Assembly (NCBI GenBank): GCA_038205015.1
Contig: JBBRCK010000002.1
Coordinates: forward strand, 33,913-97,912
Source of the DNA: Candidatus Levyibacteriota bacterium
GTDB lineage: Bacteria; Patescibacteriota; Microgenomatia; Levybacterales; UBA12049
Length of the DNA: 64,000 bases
Reading direction: 5' to 3'
Shown here in pieces: positions 10,086 to 20,528 of this stretch (position 1 is the stretch's first letter; every line of letters begins with the position of its first letter). The notes beneath the pieces were generated by a model, which was not told where the DNA came from, did no database searches, and saw only the letters and a program-made list of their open reading frames with translations. The translations under genes and the position numbers were made by a program.

Positions 10086-11330
10086 ATGGGCTACTCAAAA
10101 AATTTTATAATTGGCATTTCATGGGTATCAATTCTTCGCATATCTGTAAAGCTGCTATCCTTAATAAAGATTATCGTTTTAGCAAGAATTTTATCTCAAT
10201 CTCAATTTGGAGCATTTTCTATCGCATTTATAGTTTATGGATTTTCGACAATTATCACCGAAACGGGCGTAAATACAGTATTAGTTCAGAATAATGAATC
10301 ATTAAGTAAATATATCAATACCGCATGGGTAATTACAATTACAAGGGGATTTGTAGTATTTATTTGTACACTTTTGTCTGCACCCTTAATTTCTCATTTT
10401 TTTAACATCCGTGAAGTTTATAGTTTGATAATTCTAATCAGTCTTGTGCCATTAATACAAGGGTTTATCAATCCAGCTGAAATATTATTTCAAAAAAACA
10501 TGTTATTCAAGAAAGAATTATCTTTTAGAATTATTATTAATATTCTGGAGGTAATTTTTACAATTATGTTTGTATATATTACAAAGAACGCAACAGGATT
10601 GGCATATGGATTAATCCTTGGTGCATTAATTGAAGTTTTTTTATCAATGTTCTATCTTAGTCCAAAGCCAAAATTTATCTTTAATAAAAAACATGCACGA
10701 ATGATAATACATAAAGGTAAATGGATTACATATGCTGGAATATTTAGTTATTTATATCAAAATATAGACAATCTAATTGTAGGTAAGTTCCTTGGAGCTT
10801 CGTCGTTGGGATTATACGACTTAATTTATAAAGTATCTATGATTCCGTTAAATGAAATAACAGATGTATTTGGAAGGGTAAGTTTTCCAATTTATATTAA
10901 AATTTCAAATGATGCAAGTAGACTTAAAAAAGCATTTTTAAAGTCCACAGTATTAATAATAATTATTATTTTTCCCGTATCTTTGGTTTGTTTTTTCTTT
11001 CCAAAAGAAGTACTCACTTTATTATTAGGAGAAAAATGGCAGGCTGGAAGTCAAATATTTCAAATTTTTGCTGGTTTTGGGATAATTAGAGCATTATCTA
11101 ATTCAACATCAGCATTTTTTATGGGTTTGGGAAAACAAAAATACGCAGCGATATTATCATTTATAAGTTTATTTACACTTTTAGTGATAATATTTATTGC
11201 AATTAACAATTATGGATTAGTAGGAGTGGCAGTATCTGTAATTACCTCGTCATTCATTGTTTTATTGTTATCATTATTTTTTGTTAGCAAAACACTATCC
11301 GGATTAAAGCTAAATAATGAAAAAATATAA
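10086..11330 (+). CDS. wzx: Wzx/WzxC-type oligosaccharide flippase
   Basis: LARIL...FG, DNLIVGKFLG..LGLY, VSFP motifs; about 12 TMs. Confidence 0.8.
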   Translation: MGYSKNFIIGISWVSILRISVKLLSLIKIIVLARILSQSQFGAFSIAFIVYGFSTIITETGVNTVLVQNNESLSKYINTAWVITITRGFVVFICTLLSAPLISHFFNIREVYSLIILISLVPLIQGFINPAEILFQKNMLFKKELSFRIIINILEVIFTIMFVYITKNATGLAYGLILGALIEVFLSMFYLSPKPKFIFNKKHARMIIHKGKWITYAGIFSYLYQNIDNLIVGKFLGASSLGLYDLIYKVSMIPLNEITDVFGRVSFPIYIKISNDASRLKKAFLKSTVLIIIIIFPVSLVCFFFPKEVLTLLLGEKWQAGSQIFQIFAGFGIIRALSNSTSAFFMGLGKQKYAAILSFISLFTLLVIIFIAINNYGLVGVAVSVITSSFIVLLLSLFFVSKTLSGLKLNNEKI

Positions 11331-12513
11331 TATAGGATTAATTTATGGAAATTTAAATAATGGTGGAGGAGCATATCAAATGCTTTCTTTAGCTAAAGAA
11401 TTGTCAAAGAAAAATAATGTTTTTGTTTTTGTTTATTCAGATTTGACAGAGGGAGCATACGAAAAACTAATAAATGATATTAAGTTTATTGTTATAAATA
11501 AAGAAAAAGTTAAACCTCAGTTTTGGATTTATAATTTATTAGAACCATTAATTATCTCAATTAAATTAAGCAGAGAGATTGGTAGTTATAATTTAGACGT
11601 TTTAAATCCTCATGAGTGGCCAGCTAGTTGGGCAGCTGTTATTGTGAAGATATTTAAAAAAATTCCAGTTGTTTGGATGTGTAATGACGTCTGGCATATG
11701 CCAGAACAGGATATTTATGAAAATAGAAGAAGAATGTTATTTATAAAAAAATATTTTTTCAGATTTATTGACTTATTGTTATTTTCATTTATCGATGAAA
11801 CAGTCGTTTTAGATAGTAGAATTAAAAAGATTATTAGTAAGTACTATAATAAAACTCCAATTGTAGTTAGAAGTGGTATTGATATAGATAGGTATAAAAA
11901 TAAATATATAATTAATATTGAAAAAAAACGCCTACATATTGACACAAATAAGATAGTATTTCTTTGTCAGTCAATTTTTTTTCCGCACCGCCGTTTTGAA
12001 GATGTAATTTTAGCAATTAAAATAATTCAATTCAAATATGGCAATTTAATTTTGTATATTATTGGATCAAGTAAGTATGACACCAGCTATTGCAGAAAAA
12101 TACAGGGGCTTATTGATGACAATAATCTACAAGGGTCAGTGATTATAGTTGATAAATTTCTTGATGATAATCACATGTTAAATTTTTTAAAAGCGTGTGA
12201 TGTATTCGTTTATCCAAATTTTAATCAAACTTGGGGACTCATCGCAATTGAGGCAATGGCATTAGGTAAACCATGTATTATTTCAAACAAATCAGGTGTT
12301 CATGAAGTCATTAAAGATTTTAATAATGGCCTTATATTTAAAAGTAAAAACGTTAACGATTTAGCAAATAAGATGGAAACATTAATCAAGAATAAAAACC
12401 TTAGAACATTAATAGGAAATAATGCTAGAGATTATGTATTTTCAAATTTATCTTGGGAAAATTATTCAAATTCAATGTTAAGAATATTTCATAAAGTTGT
12501 TTTAAACTTATAG
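11317..12513 (+). CDS. Glycosyltransferase family 4
   Basis: GGG N-terminal motif; QTWGLIAIEAMALGKP; C-terminal SWE. Confidence 0.85.
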   Translation: MKKYNIGLIYGNLNNGGGAYQMLSLAKELSKKNNVFVFVYSDLTEGAYEKLINDIKFIVINKEKVKPQFWIYNLLEPLIISIKLSREIGSYNLDVLNPHEWPASWAAVIVKIFKKIPVVWMCNDVWHMPEQDIYENRRRMLFIKKYFFRFIDLLLFSFIDETVVLDSRIKKIISKYYNKTPIVVRSGIDIDRYKNKYIINIEKKRLHIDTNKIVFLCQSIFFPHRRFEDVILAIKIIQFKYGNLILYIIGSSKYDTSYCRKIQGLIDDNNLQGSVIIVDKFLDDNHMLNFLKACDVFVYPNFNQTWGLIAIEAMALGKPCIISNKSGVHEVIKDFNNGLIFKSKNVNDLANKMETLIKNKNLRTLIGNNARDYVFSNLSWENYSNSMLRIFHKVVLNL

Positions 12514-12558
12514 TTCCACTATATTTTCGTCTATTCTAGTAGTATAATCGTTAAGTTT

Positions 12559-13581
12559 ATGAGAAGAATTTTAATAACTGGTGGAGCAGGTTTTATTGGA
12601 ACAAATGCGACTGCATATTTTTTAAAAAAAAATAATCAAGTAACTATATTTGATAATTTCTCAAGAGAGGGTAGTAAAAAAAATATTATTTTTCTGCGTA
12701 AGAATTTTAAGAAAAATTTTAAAATTGTAAAAGGTGATGTTAGAATATTTAATAAAAAACTAATTAATTTAATAAACGCATCAGATGTGGTAATTCATCT
12801 TGCTGGTCAAGTTGCAGTTACGACGTCTGTAATAGATCCAATAACGGATTTTGATATTAATGTTAGGGGAACAATAAATATTCTTGAAGCGATAAGATTA
12901 GTAAAAAAGAAACCCATATTAATCTATAGTTCAACAAATAAAGTATATGGTGATTTGTCTAATTATGAAATTGTTGAATCTGAAGAAAGATATAGATTTA
13001 AAAATTTACCTAATGGTGTTTCTGAGCAAACAAATTTAGACTTTTATTCACCTTATGGATGTAGCAAAGGTTCAGCAGATCAGTATGTACATGACTATGC
13101 AAGGATTTATAGATTAAATACAATTGTTTTTAGACAATCGTGTATTTATGGGCCTCATCAGTTTGGAATTGAAGACCAAGGTTGGCTTGCTTGGTTTATG
13201 ATTGCAGTTGTAAAAAAATTACCTATTACAATTTATGGTAATGGTAAGCAAGTAAGAGATGCATTATTTGTAGACGATTTAATACGTGCTTATGATTTAG
13301 CAATCAAAAATATTAAAAAAACCAAGGGACAAGTTTATAATATAGGAGGCGGAAGTAAGAATACAATTTCTGTTTGGAAAGAATTTTGTCCTAAATTAAA
13401 TGAGTTGTTTAATACAAATGTAAAATTTAAGTACAGCAAGCAAAGACCGGGTGATCAGCCAATATATATTTCTGATATTAGAAAAGCCTATAAAGATTTT
13501 TACTGGAAGCCTCAAGTCACTTTGAACGATGGGTTAAAGCAACTTGCACAATGGATTAGTAATAATAAGGAAAGCTTCTAG
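12559..13581 (+). CDS. NAD-dependent epimerase, CDP-paratose 2-epimerase (RfbE/Tyv)-like
   Basis: TGGAGFIG, HLAGQVAVTTS, SSTNKVYG, SPYGCSK, QFGIEDQGW, RPGDQ. Confidence 0.8.
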   Translation: MRRILITGGAGFIGTNATAYFLKKNNQVTIFDNFSREGSKKNIIFLRKNFKKNFKIVKGDVRIFNKKLINLINASDVVIHLAGQVAVTTSVIDPITDFDINVRGTINILEAIRLVKKKPILIYSSTNKVYGDLSNYEIVESEERYRFKNLPNGVSEQTNLDFYSPYGCSKGSADQYVHDYARIYRLNTIVFRQSCIYGPHQFGIEDQGWLAWFMIAVVKKLPITIYGNGKQVRDALFVDDLIRAYDLAIKNIKKTKGQVYNIGGGSKNTISVWKEFCPKLNELFNTNVKFKYSKQRPGDQPIYISDIRKAYKDFYWKPQVTLNDGLKQLAQWISNNKESF

Positions 13582-14685
13582 ATGAAAATTGCTTTTTTTC
13601 ATGAATTACATGCAGGGGGAGCAAGAAGAGCCTCAAATGAATTTGCAAAACAGCTTAGAAAAAACCATACAGTAGATTTATACATCACTGATGAAGGTCT
13701 TAATTCTAAAGAAAAAAATTTTTATGATAGAATTTTCTTCTTCAAATTTCTGCCTATAAAATGGAATGGTAATGATTGGAGGGGTAAGCTTTATAAAGAT
13801 ACTTATGAGCTGTATAAACTTTACAAATTACATAAAAATATAGCTAAAGTTATAGATAAAAAAAAATACGACATTGTTTTTGTTCAGCCATCAAAATTAA
13901 CTCAGGCACCTTTTATTCTCAGGTTTTTAAAAAGTAAAAATATGTATTATTGTCAGGAAAGCTTAAGAATAGTATACGATAAATCATTCAGAATTAATAA
14001 ACAACTGCCAAAATATAAATACATTTATGAAAGTGTAAATAGATTTATAAGAAAAATAATTGATAAAAAAAATATAAAATCGGCAAATCAAGTATTGGTG
14101 AATTCAAATTTTACAAAAAGAAATATATTTAGTGCATATAACATTTCCTCAAAAGTTTGTTATATGGGAGTAGATACAAATATATTTAAGCCCTCTAAAA
14201 TTAAAAAAACGAATGACATTTTATATATTGGAGCATATGCCTATTCAGACGGATATACTGACTTGAAAAAAATATTATCAAAAAATACTCAAAAATATAA
14301 AGTATTAATTTTAGCCCAAGAAAGAAAATGGATAGATAACGATTTATTGCTTAGAAGTCTCTACAGTCAATCAAAAATTGCATTAGCATTGTCTCATAAT
14401 GAACCTTTCGGTTTAATACCACTTGAGGCTATGGCTTGTGGTGTGCCTATAATAGCAATTAATGAGGGAGGATATAAAGAGTCAGTAGTAAATGGTAAAA
14501 CAGGTTTCTTGGTTTCAAGAAATACAGTCCTTTTACAAAAAAAAATTAATTATCTGCTTAAGAATAAAAAAATTTTAGAAAAATTTAGTTATGAATCAAG
14601 GAGTCATATTTTACAAAATTGGACGTGGGAAAAGAATACTAGAATACTTGAGAAAATTATTATAAAAAGAGTGTTAGAAGATTAG
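13582..14685 (+). CDS. Glycosyltransferase family 4
   Basis: GGA motif; EPFGLIPLEAMACGVP. Confidence 0.85.
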   Translation: MKIAFFHELHAGGARRASNEFAKQLRKNHTVDLYITDEGLNSKEKNFYDRIFFFKFLPIKWNGNDWRGKLYKDTYELYKLYKLHKNIAKVIDKKKYDIVFVQPSKLTQAPFILRFLKSKNMYYCQESLRIVYDKSFRINKQLPKYKYIYESVNRFIRKIIDKKNIKSANQVLVNSNFTKRNIFSAYNISSKVCYMGVDTNIFKPSKIKKTNDILYIGAYAYSDGYTDLKKILSKNTQKYKVLILAQERKWIDNDLLLRSLYSQSKIALALSHNEPFGLIPLEAMACGVPIIAINEGGYKESVVNGKTGFLVSRNTVLLQKKINYLLKNKKILEKFSYESRSHILQNWTWEKNTRILEKIIIKRVLED

Positions 14686-14702
14686 TCAGTTATATTTTTA
14701 AT

Positions 14703-16874
14703 ATGATTTCAATAATTATTGTTAATTATAAAGTTGAGAAGGAATTATATAAATGCATAGAGTCAATTTATGATTCAAAACAAAACATAAGTTTTGAGAT
14801 AATTGTTGTAGATAACGATAAAACTAGAACTATCGAAAAAAAACTTAAGAAGAGATTTCCTAAGGTAATTTATGTTTTTAGCAAAAAGAACATTGGCTAT
14901 GGTGCAGGAAATAATTTAGGTCAAGAATATGCAAAAGGAGAATATTTATTCTTTTTAAATCCAGATACTTATGTTAAATCATTAAATCTTAAAGAACTTC
15001 TTGACGATTTTAAATTCAAAAATGCAGGCATTATTGCCCCAACACTTATTATTAATGGCAAAGAGTCATTAGAGCAGGGGTCTATTGCGCTTACGCCATT
15101 AGTTGCCATATTTAAATTATCGTTTATAGATAAACTATATCCTAATAATCCTATTTCAAAAGAATTTTGGGTAAAAAATCATAAAAATAAATTAAAACAG
15201 GTAGACGTTGTTCCTGGAACAGCATTGATTATTTCTAAAGAATTATTTTTGAAGATTGGAAAATTTGACGAAAGATTTTTCTTATACTTTGAAGAATATG
15301 ATCTTTGTAGAAGAGTAAGAAAGCTTGGGTATAATATTTTTATAGATTCAGATTCTAAAATCGTTCACGAATGGGGGAAAAGTACGAGTAAGCTTGAAAA
15401 TATAGACAAAATTTTTAACTCAAGTAGATATTTATATTTTAGAAAACATTTCGGATTAATAAAAACGTTACTTGTTGAATTTTTCTTAAGAATTAATAAG
15501 GTTTCTATTTTTATTACTTTCCTTTTAGCAACAGCACTATTTTTGAGGATATACAATCTTTCTATCAGCATGCCTTTTATAGGTGACCAAGGATGGTTCT
15601 ATTTATCCGCTAGAGATATGTTACTAACAGGTAAAATTCCCTTAGTAGGAATTACCTCAAGTCATACATGGCTTCATCAGGGGCCATTGTGGACTTATAT
15701 TTTGTCTGCAGGCTTGTATTTATCCAATTTTAATCCATTTTCTGGTGGTTATATAACAGCTCTCTTTGGGGTTGGAACAGTTTATCTAATGTACAAAATG
15801 GGATCGAATATATTTTCAAGAAGAGTCGGGTTAATATCTGCTTTTTTATATACAACCTCTCCGTTGGTAATAATTTTTGATCGTCAGGCTTTTGATCCAA
15901 GTCTAATGCCATTTTTTACTGTTTTGTACTTTTTTTCATTGGTAAAATTAATAAGAGGAGAAAGGAGATATTTACCTTTGTCGATATTTATTTTAGTTAT
16001 TTTATATAACTTAGAACTTGCCTCATTTACCCTTATTATCCCATTTTTGTTAGTTTTATTTTTTCTATTTAAATTTAAAACAGGATACCTAAAAACATTA
16101 TTTAGTAAAAATTTAATATTACTATCTATTTTTGCATTCTTAATTCCCATGACCCCAATTTTAATATATGATTTCTCAAACGGTTTTAAACAAACTCTAG
16201 TGTTTGCTATATGGATTGGATATAAATTTTTAGGATTATTTTTTTCAAACCATTCCGGAGGGATCAGCTTATTAGATATTTATAGATTTATTACAAACAA
16301 ACTTCAGATTTTAATTTTTGCTGAAAATTATTTGTTTGCTAATTTACTATTTGTATTTTCTATTCTATATTTAATTTTTAATAGTTTAAAGAATAAATCT
16401 AATTTTTTAAATTCTAAATTTATATTATTATTGTTTATTCTTACCACACTTGCCGGAGTTATAGTTAATAAAACACCTTCAGATGCTTATTTACCAATTT
16501 CATTCCCTTTTATTATTTTCGCAATAGCAATCTTATTCGATCATTTATATAACAACAAATATTTAAAGTACTTTTCCATTTTTGTCTTATTTGTCATATT
16601 TACTTATAATTTTAACTTTATATATAAACAATCGTTTGCGCCTGAGATTCAGAAAAGGCAAATAGCAGTGCAAAAGATTATTGCTTTAACAAATGGTAGT
16701 AAATATAATTTATCAGGTAAAGGAATGAATAGTCAGTTCGAAAGTTTTACGATGAATTATGAATATCTATTGTGGTGGAAAGGTCATCAACCAAGCAAGG
16801 TGCCGCAGAAAATGCAAATTGTTATAAGCGAAGAATCAGGTGGCATAATGATTGATAAATATGAAACAAAATAA
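14703..16874 (+). CDS. Fusion of GT2 (WbbL/rhamnosyltransferase-like) and ArnT/GT39-like GT-C domain
   Basis: IIVNY, VVDN, NIGYGAGNN, FLNPD, FDERFFLYFEEYD; then TM bundle with FIGDQG and HQGP motifs. Confidence 0.75.
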   Translation: MISIIIVNYKVEKELYKCIESIYDSKQNISFEIIVVDNDKTRTIEKKLKKRFPKVIYVFSKKNIGYGAGNNLGQEYAKGEYLFFLNPDTYVKSLNLKELLDDFKFKNAGIIAPTLIINGKESLEQGSIALTPLVAIFKLSFIDKLYPNNPISKEFWVKNHKNKLKQVDVVPGTALIISKELFLKIGKFDERFFLYFEEYDLCRRVRKLGYNIFIDSDSKIVHEWGKSTSKLENIDKIFNSSRYLYFRKHFGLIKTLLVEFFLRINKVSIFITFLLATALFLRIYNLSISMPFIGDQGWFYLSARDMLLTGKIPLVGITSSHTWLHQGPLWTYILSAGLYLSNFNPFSGGYITALFGVGTVYLMYKMGSNIFSRRVGLISAFLYTTSPLVIIFDRQAFDPSLMPFFTVLYFFSLVKLIRGERRYLPLSIFILVILYNLELASFTLIIPFLLVLFFLFKFKTGYLKTLFSKNLILLSIFAFLIPMTPILIYDFSNGFKQTLVFAIWIGYKFLGLFFSNHSGGISLLDIYRFITNKLQILIFAENYLFANLLFVFSILYLIFNSLKNKSNFLNSKFILLLFILTTLAGVIVNKTPSDAYLPISFPFIIFAIAILFDHLYNNKYLKYFSIFVLFVIFTYNFNFIYKQSFAPEIQKRQIAVQKIIALTNGSKYNLSGKGMNSQFESFTMNYEYLLWWKGHQPSKVPQKMQIVISEESGGIMIDKYETK

Positions 16875-17601
16875 GCATAATATTTTAGGCAATGACTTTG
16901 TTGTAGTTTTTCCCTCATTTATTGAAGTTGAGAATGTCTCTATTTTGGTAAAAAGAATTAGAGCAGCTTTGCCAAAATCGAAAATAATTATCGTTGATGA
17001 TTCACCAAGGAAAGAAAATGAAGTAATCAAACGCAGCGTTAAACAATTTACAAATATACAGTTTATTTCAAGACTAAAAAAGCTAGGAAGAGGGAGCGCA
17101 ATAATTGAAGGTCTTAAGCTTGGTTTGAAAGATAAGACAAATAAATATTTCTTCGAAATGGATTCGGATCTTGCTCAGAATCCCAAGGAATTTATTAGGT
17201 TTATAAAAAAAATGAATGAAGAAAACGTAGACTTGGTAGTTGGATCACGTTATATTCGAGGCGGTAGAACAATTGGCGTTACTAAATCTAGGATAATATT
17301 AAGTAGGATTATAAATAAATTTCTATATCTATTATTGGGAGTTAAGCTTACAGACTATACTGATGGTTTTAGATTATACAACCGAAGATCAGTAGAACTC
17401 ATAGCCAAAGAGGATATAAAATCTACGGGATTTATTACTTTAACTGAGACAGTTTATAAATTAAACAGGAAAGGTATTAAAATGGCTGAGGTGCCGGTTA
17501 CAATTTATAGCAGAAGATACGGTATCTCTACTCGTGATTTTAATGAATTATTCCAATCTTTGCTATTTGTTCTTAAAATGAGGTTTGAATATTCTAGCTA
17601 G
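16861..17601 (+). CDS. Dpm1-like polyprenol-phosphate glycosyltransferase (GT2), copy 2
   Basis: VDDS, GRGSA, EMDSDLA, GSRY, DYTDGFR; clear paralog of 9280..10038. First ATG is at 16861. Confidence 0.8.
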   Translation: MKQNKHNILGNDFVVVFPSFIEVENVSILVKRIRAALPKSKIIIVDDSPRKENEVIKRSVKQFTNIQFISRLKKLGRGSAIIEGLKLGLKDKTNKYFFEMDSDLAQNPKEFIRFIKKMNEENVDLVVGSRYIRGGRTIGVTKSRIILSRIINKFLYLLLGVKLTDYTDGFRLYNRRSVELIAKEDIKSTGFITLTETVYKLNRKGIKMAEVPVTIYSRRYGISTRDFNELFQSLLFVLKMRFEYSS

Positions 17602-17602
17602 G

Positions 17603-18847
17603 TTACCTAATATAGGGTGTTGGTATCGGAATTATAAATTTCCCCCCGTTCTTTATAAACTCTTTTTCTTTTTGAATTATTTTTTCTGCGTAATTCCAAA
17701 CAAGTAACAGATAATAATCAGGCTTTTCTCCTCTTTTTATTTCCTCTTCTTGAGAAATAACCTCAATATGCTTTCCCGGACTATATAAACCGTATTTGTA
17801 AGGTGTTTTGTCAACAATATAATCAAGATAGTTAGTTCCGATATTGCAATAATTAAGTAAGGTATTTGATTTGGCAGATGCACCGTACCCAGCTATTTTT
17901 TTATTTTGGCTTTTAAGATCTTTTAACAGTTGGACAAGTTTTATTTTAATATAATTAACTCTAGCTTGAAATCCAAGATAAGTATTTATATTTGTTATAC
18001 CCATATGAATTTCATTTTCAATTGCATTTAAAAGTCTATTTTCAATTTTTTGTTTACCTTTATGAGCGACAAATAATCTTATAGAGCCGCCTTGAGTATT
18101 ATGTTCCTCCACGTCAAATGCTTCCAAATCAAATTGTTCTAACAGTTTAAGCAGGGGATAAAGTGAAAAAAAAGATTGGTGCTCATGATAAATGTTATCG
18201 AATTGATTATTAAATAATAGATACGGAAAATATTGACACTCAAAGATAAAAACACCATTTTCGTCAAGTAAATACTTAATTCCGGATATAAAATCATATA
18301 AATCATTAACATGAGCAATAACGTTATTTGCAATAATTATTCCTGCTTTGCCGGCATTTGTTACCACATCATTGGCAGACCGTTTATTAAAAAAATCGTT
18401 AATTGTCGGTATGCCATTAGCATTAGCCGCATCGGTAACATTTTTTGCAGGATCAATCCCTAAGGCCTTATAGCCTTTAGTGATAAATGGTTTTAGCAGT
18501 GTGCCATCATTACTGGCTACCTCGACAACAAATTGTTTAGATTGTTTTGGAAACCTCTGCATAACAGCCTCCGCGTATGCCTCAAAATATCCAATTGATG
18601 CAGGAGATCCTCCAGTATAGAATGCATAATCTTGCCCGAACAAAAGCTTAGGATTTACTTCATCAACGAGTTGAACTAAAAAACATTTTGGACAAACTTT
18701 TACATCTAAAGGAAATTTGTGTTCCTTGTCTTTTACGTTTTTAACAAATAAATCTGCGAGAGGAGTTTTATCAAGGGTTATAAAATTAAATAGTTTTTTA
18801 TGTTTGCAAATCCTGCAAGTGGTTCTAATACTTACTAAACTATTCAT
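17603..18847 (-). CDS. SAM-dependent NDP-sugar C-methyltransferase (TylC3/NovU/TcaB9-like)
   Basis: Zn site CRIC...CPKC; EVASNDG, NVIAH, IYHEH, GGSIR, GYGASAK, LLVWNY, FIIPIP motifs. Confidence 0.85.
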   Translation of the reverse strand: MNSLVSIRTTCRICKHKKLFNFITLDKTPLADLFVKNVKDKEHKFPLDVKVCPKCFLVQLVDEVNPKLLFGQDYAFYTGGSPASIGYFEAYAEAVMQRFPKQSKQFVVEVASNDGTLLKPFITKGYKALGIDPAKNVTDAANANGIPTINDFFNKRSANDVVTNAGKAGIIIANNVIAHVNDLYDFISGIKYLLDENGVFIFECQYFPYLLFNNQFDNIYHEHQSFFSLYPLLKLLEQFDLEAFDVEEHNTQGGSIRLFVAHKGKQKIENRLLNAIENEIHMGITNINTYLGFQARVNYIKIKLVQLLKDLKSQNKKIAGYGASAKSNTLLNYCNIGTNYLDYIVDKTPYKYGLYSPGKHIEVISQEEEIKRGEKPDYYLLLVWNYAEKIIQKEKEFIKNGGKFIIPIPTPYIR

Positions 18848-18944
18848 ACGTTCTGGCAGGTAGGTTATTATAAATTATACACAAGGTTATTATCAATAGC
18901 AGGGTTTATTTGTTTATAAAATATTTTAAAGTATAATATTACCC

Positions 18945-20528
18945 ATGAATAAAAAGAAAAAAATTCTTGCCGCATTATTTGTATTCGTGTTTGCTTTTTT
19001 ATTGCGCTTATGGAACTTAAATTCAATGGGAAGGACTTGGGACGAGACTGCATATGTTGAGGTTGGAAATAAAATGATCCAGTTAATTTTGAATAAAAAC
19101 ATATTTAATAGTTATTTTTATCATTTTACAGATGCTCCACCACTGGCAAGATATTTATTTGGAATTGCAAGTAATTTAGATATTAAAAGTATAATTGGCG
19201 GTATTCCTGTCTTTAATTATGAATATACTTATGCACGGTTAATATCGATAATATTTTCTTCTTTCTCATCAGTAATTGTTCTATTTATTGGGATTGAGTT
19301 TATTTCCGTCTTTGTAGGAATAGCGGCAGCAATTATTTTGGCAATGCTTCCGTTTTTTCTTGGATTATCACAGTTAGCCACTTTAGAAAGTACTTTATTT
19401 TTCTTTTTTACACTCTCTGTTTATTTATACCTGAGATTTTTGAGAAAGCCATCGAAATTAAATGTATTTTTAACTGGTTTTGCAATTGGTTTAGCGATTT
19501 TATCAAAGTATACGAATGTGTTATTAATTCCTGTAATTTTAGGAATATATTTCTTTTGGAATAAAGAAATAAAAGATAAATTATCCAAGATAATTTTAAA
19601 ACAAACACTATATATGTTTGTGATTGCAATCCTTACATTTATTATTGCTTGGCCAATGCCATGGGCAAATTTAAGTTATGTAATTGGTTTTAACTATAAC
19701 TGGAGGGTGATGGGAAATTTGCAGCCTGACATTGAAGTTTTTTATGGAAGATTAATGCATCTTCCTGTATTTTATTATCCCGTAATGTTTTTAATAACAA
19801 CCCCGTTAATAATCGTATTATTATTTTTTATCGGTTCCAAATTTATTTCGGATTATACCAGTAAAAAGGAAATTGCTAAGAAAGCTAAAGAGAGTGGATT
19901 TGTTAGTTCAAAATGGTTTTTGTATTCACTTCTTGCATGGTTTTGCATTCCATTTATTCAATCATTTTATAATTATCGCCATCATGGAATCAGATTTATT
20001 ATAGAAATTTACGCACCTTTATCAATAATTGCTGCAATCGGATTAAATTGTATATCATCAAAGTTTTCCAAAACCTTGATGGCTCGTATATTGTTTTTAT
20101 TTGTAGTAATTATATATTTAGCTATATCTCTTATTAAACTTACTCCCTATTATTTAGATTATTATAATGGTTTGGTTGGGGGAACAAATGGCGTTTATAA
20201 AAACAGACTTTTTGAAATTGGTTGGTGGGGACAAGGGCTTGGAGAAGCAGGTTATTATTTACAAAATTACGCAAAACCTAATTCTAAAATAGGACTATTT
20301 ATTTCTCCAACAAGTGTGTTCCCGCCAATTAAAAATCAAAAGATAATGTTAATAGATCCGGTTAGGGGAGTATATGATTCAAAAATTAAATACGATTATG
20401 TTGTTGTAAATTACTTTCATGTCTTAAGAGAAAGATTCGATGACAGTAAAATTAAAGGGGACTACAAACTAATACATACAGTTAGCGCTGACGGCGCGGT
20501 TTTAGTTTATATATACCAAAAAATTTAG
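18945..20528 (+). CDS. GT39/PMT_2-like GT-C glycosyltransferase
   Basis: LR...TWDE luminal motif, PPLA, ARL, SKYT, YYN.LVGG, WWGQG. Confidence 0.75.
   Translation: MNKKKKILAALFVFVFAFLLRLWNLNSMGRTWDETAYVEVGNKMIQLILNKNIFNSYFYHFTDAPPLARYLFGIASNLDIKSIIGGIPVFNYEYTYARLISIIFSSFSSVIVLFIGIEFISVFVGIAAAIILAMLPFFLGLSQLATLESTLFFFFTLSVYLYLRFLRKPSKLNVFLTGFAIGLAILSKYTNVLLIPVILGIYFFWNKEIKDKLSKIILKQTLYMFVIAILTFIIAWPMPWANLSYVIGFNYNWRVMGNLQPDIEVFYGRLMHLPVFYYPVMFLITTPLIIVLLFFIGSKFISDYTSKKEIAKKAKESGFVSSKWFLYSLLAWFCIPFIQSFYNYRHHGIRFIIEIYAPLSIIAAIGLNCISSKFSKTLMARILFLFVVIIYLAISLIKLTPYYLDYYNGLVGGTNGVYKNRLFEIGWWGQGLGEAGYYLQNYAKPNSKIGLFISPTSVFPPIKNQKIMLIDPVRGVYDSKIKYDYVVVNYFHVLRERFDDSKIKGDYKLIHTVSADGAVLVYIYQKI

Noticed and set aside
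12624-14545. A9 homopolymer tracts in glycan genes (12624-12632, 14537-14545) as phase-variation sites
   Set aside because: Both frames are intact and such runs are expected in Lys-rich, very AT-rich DNA; read-level length variation would be needed.
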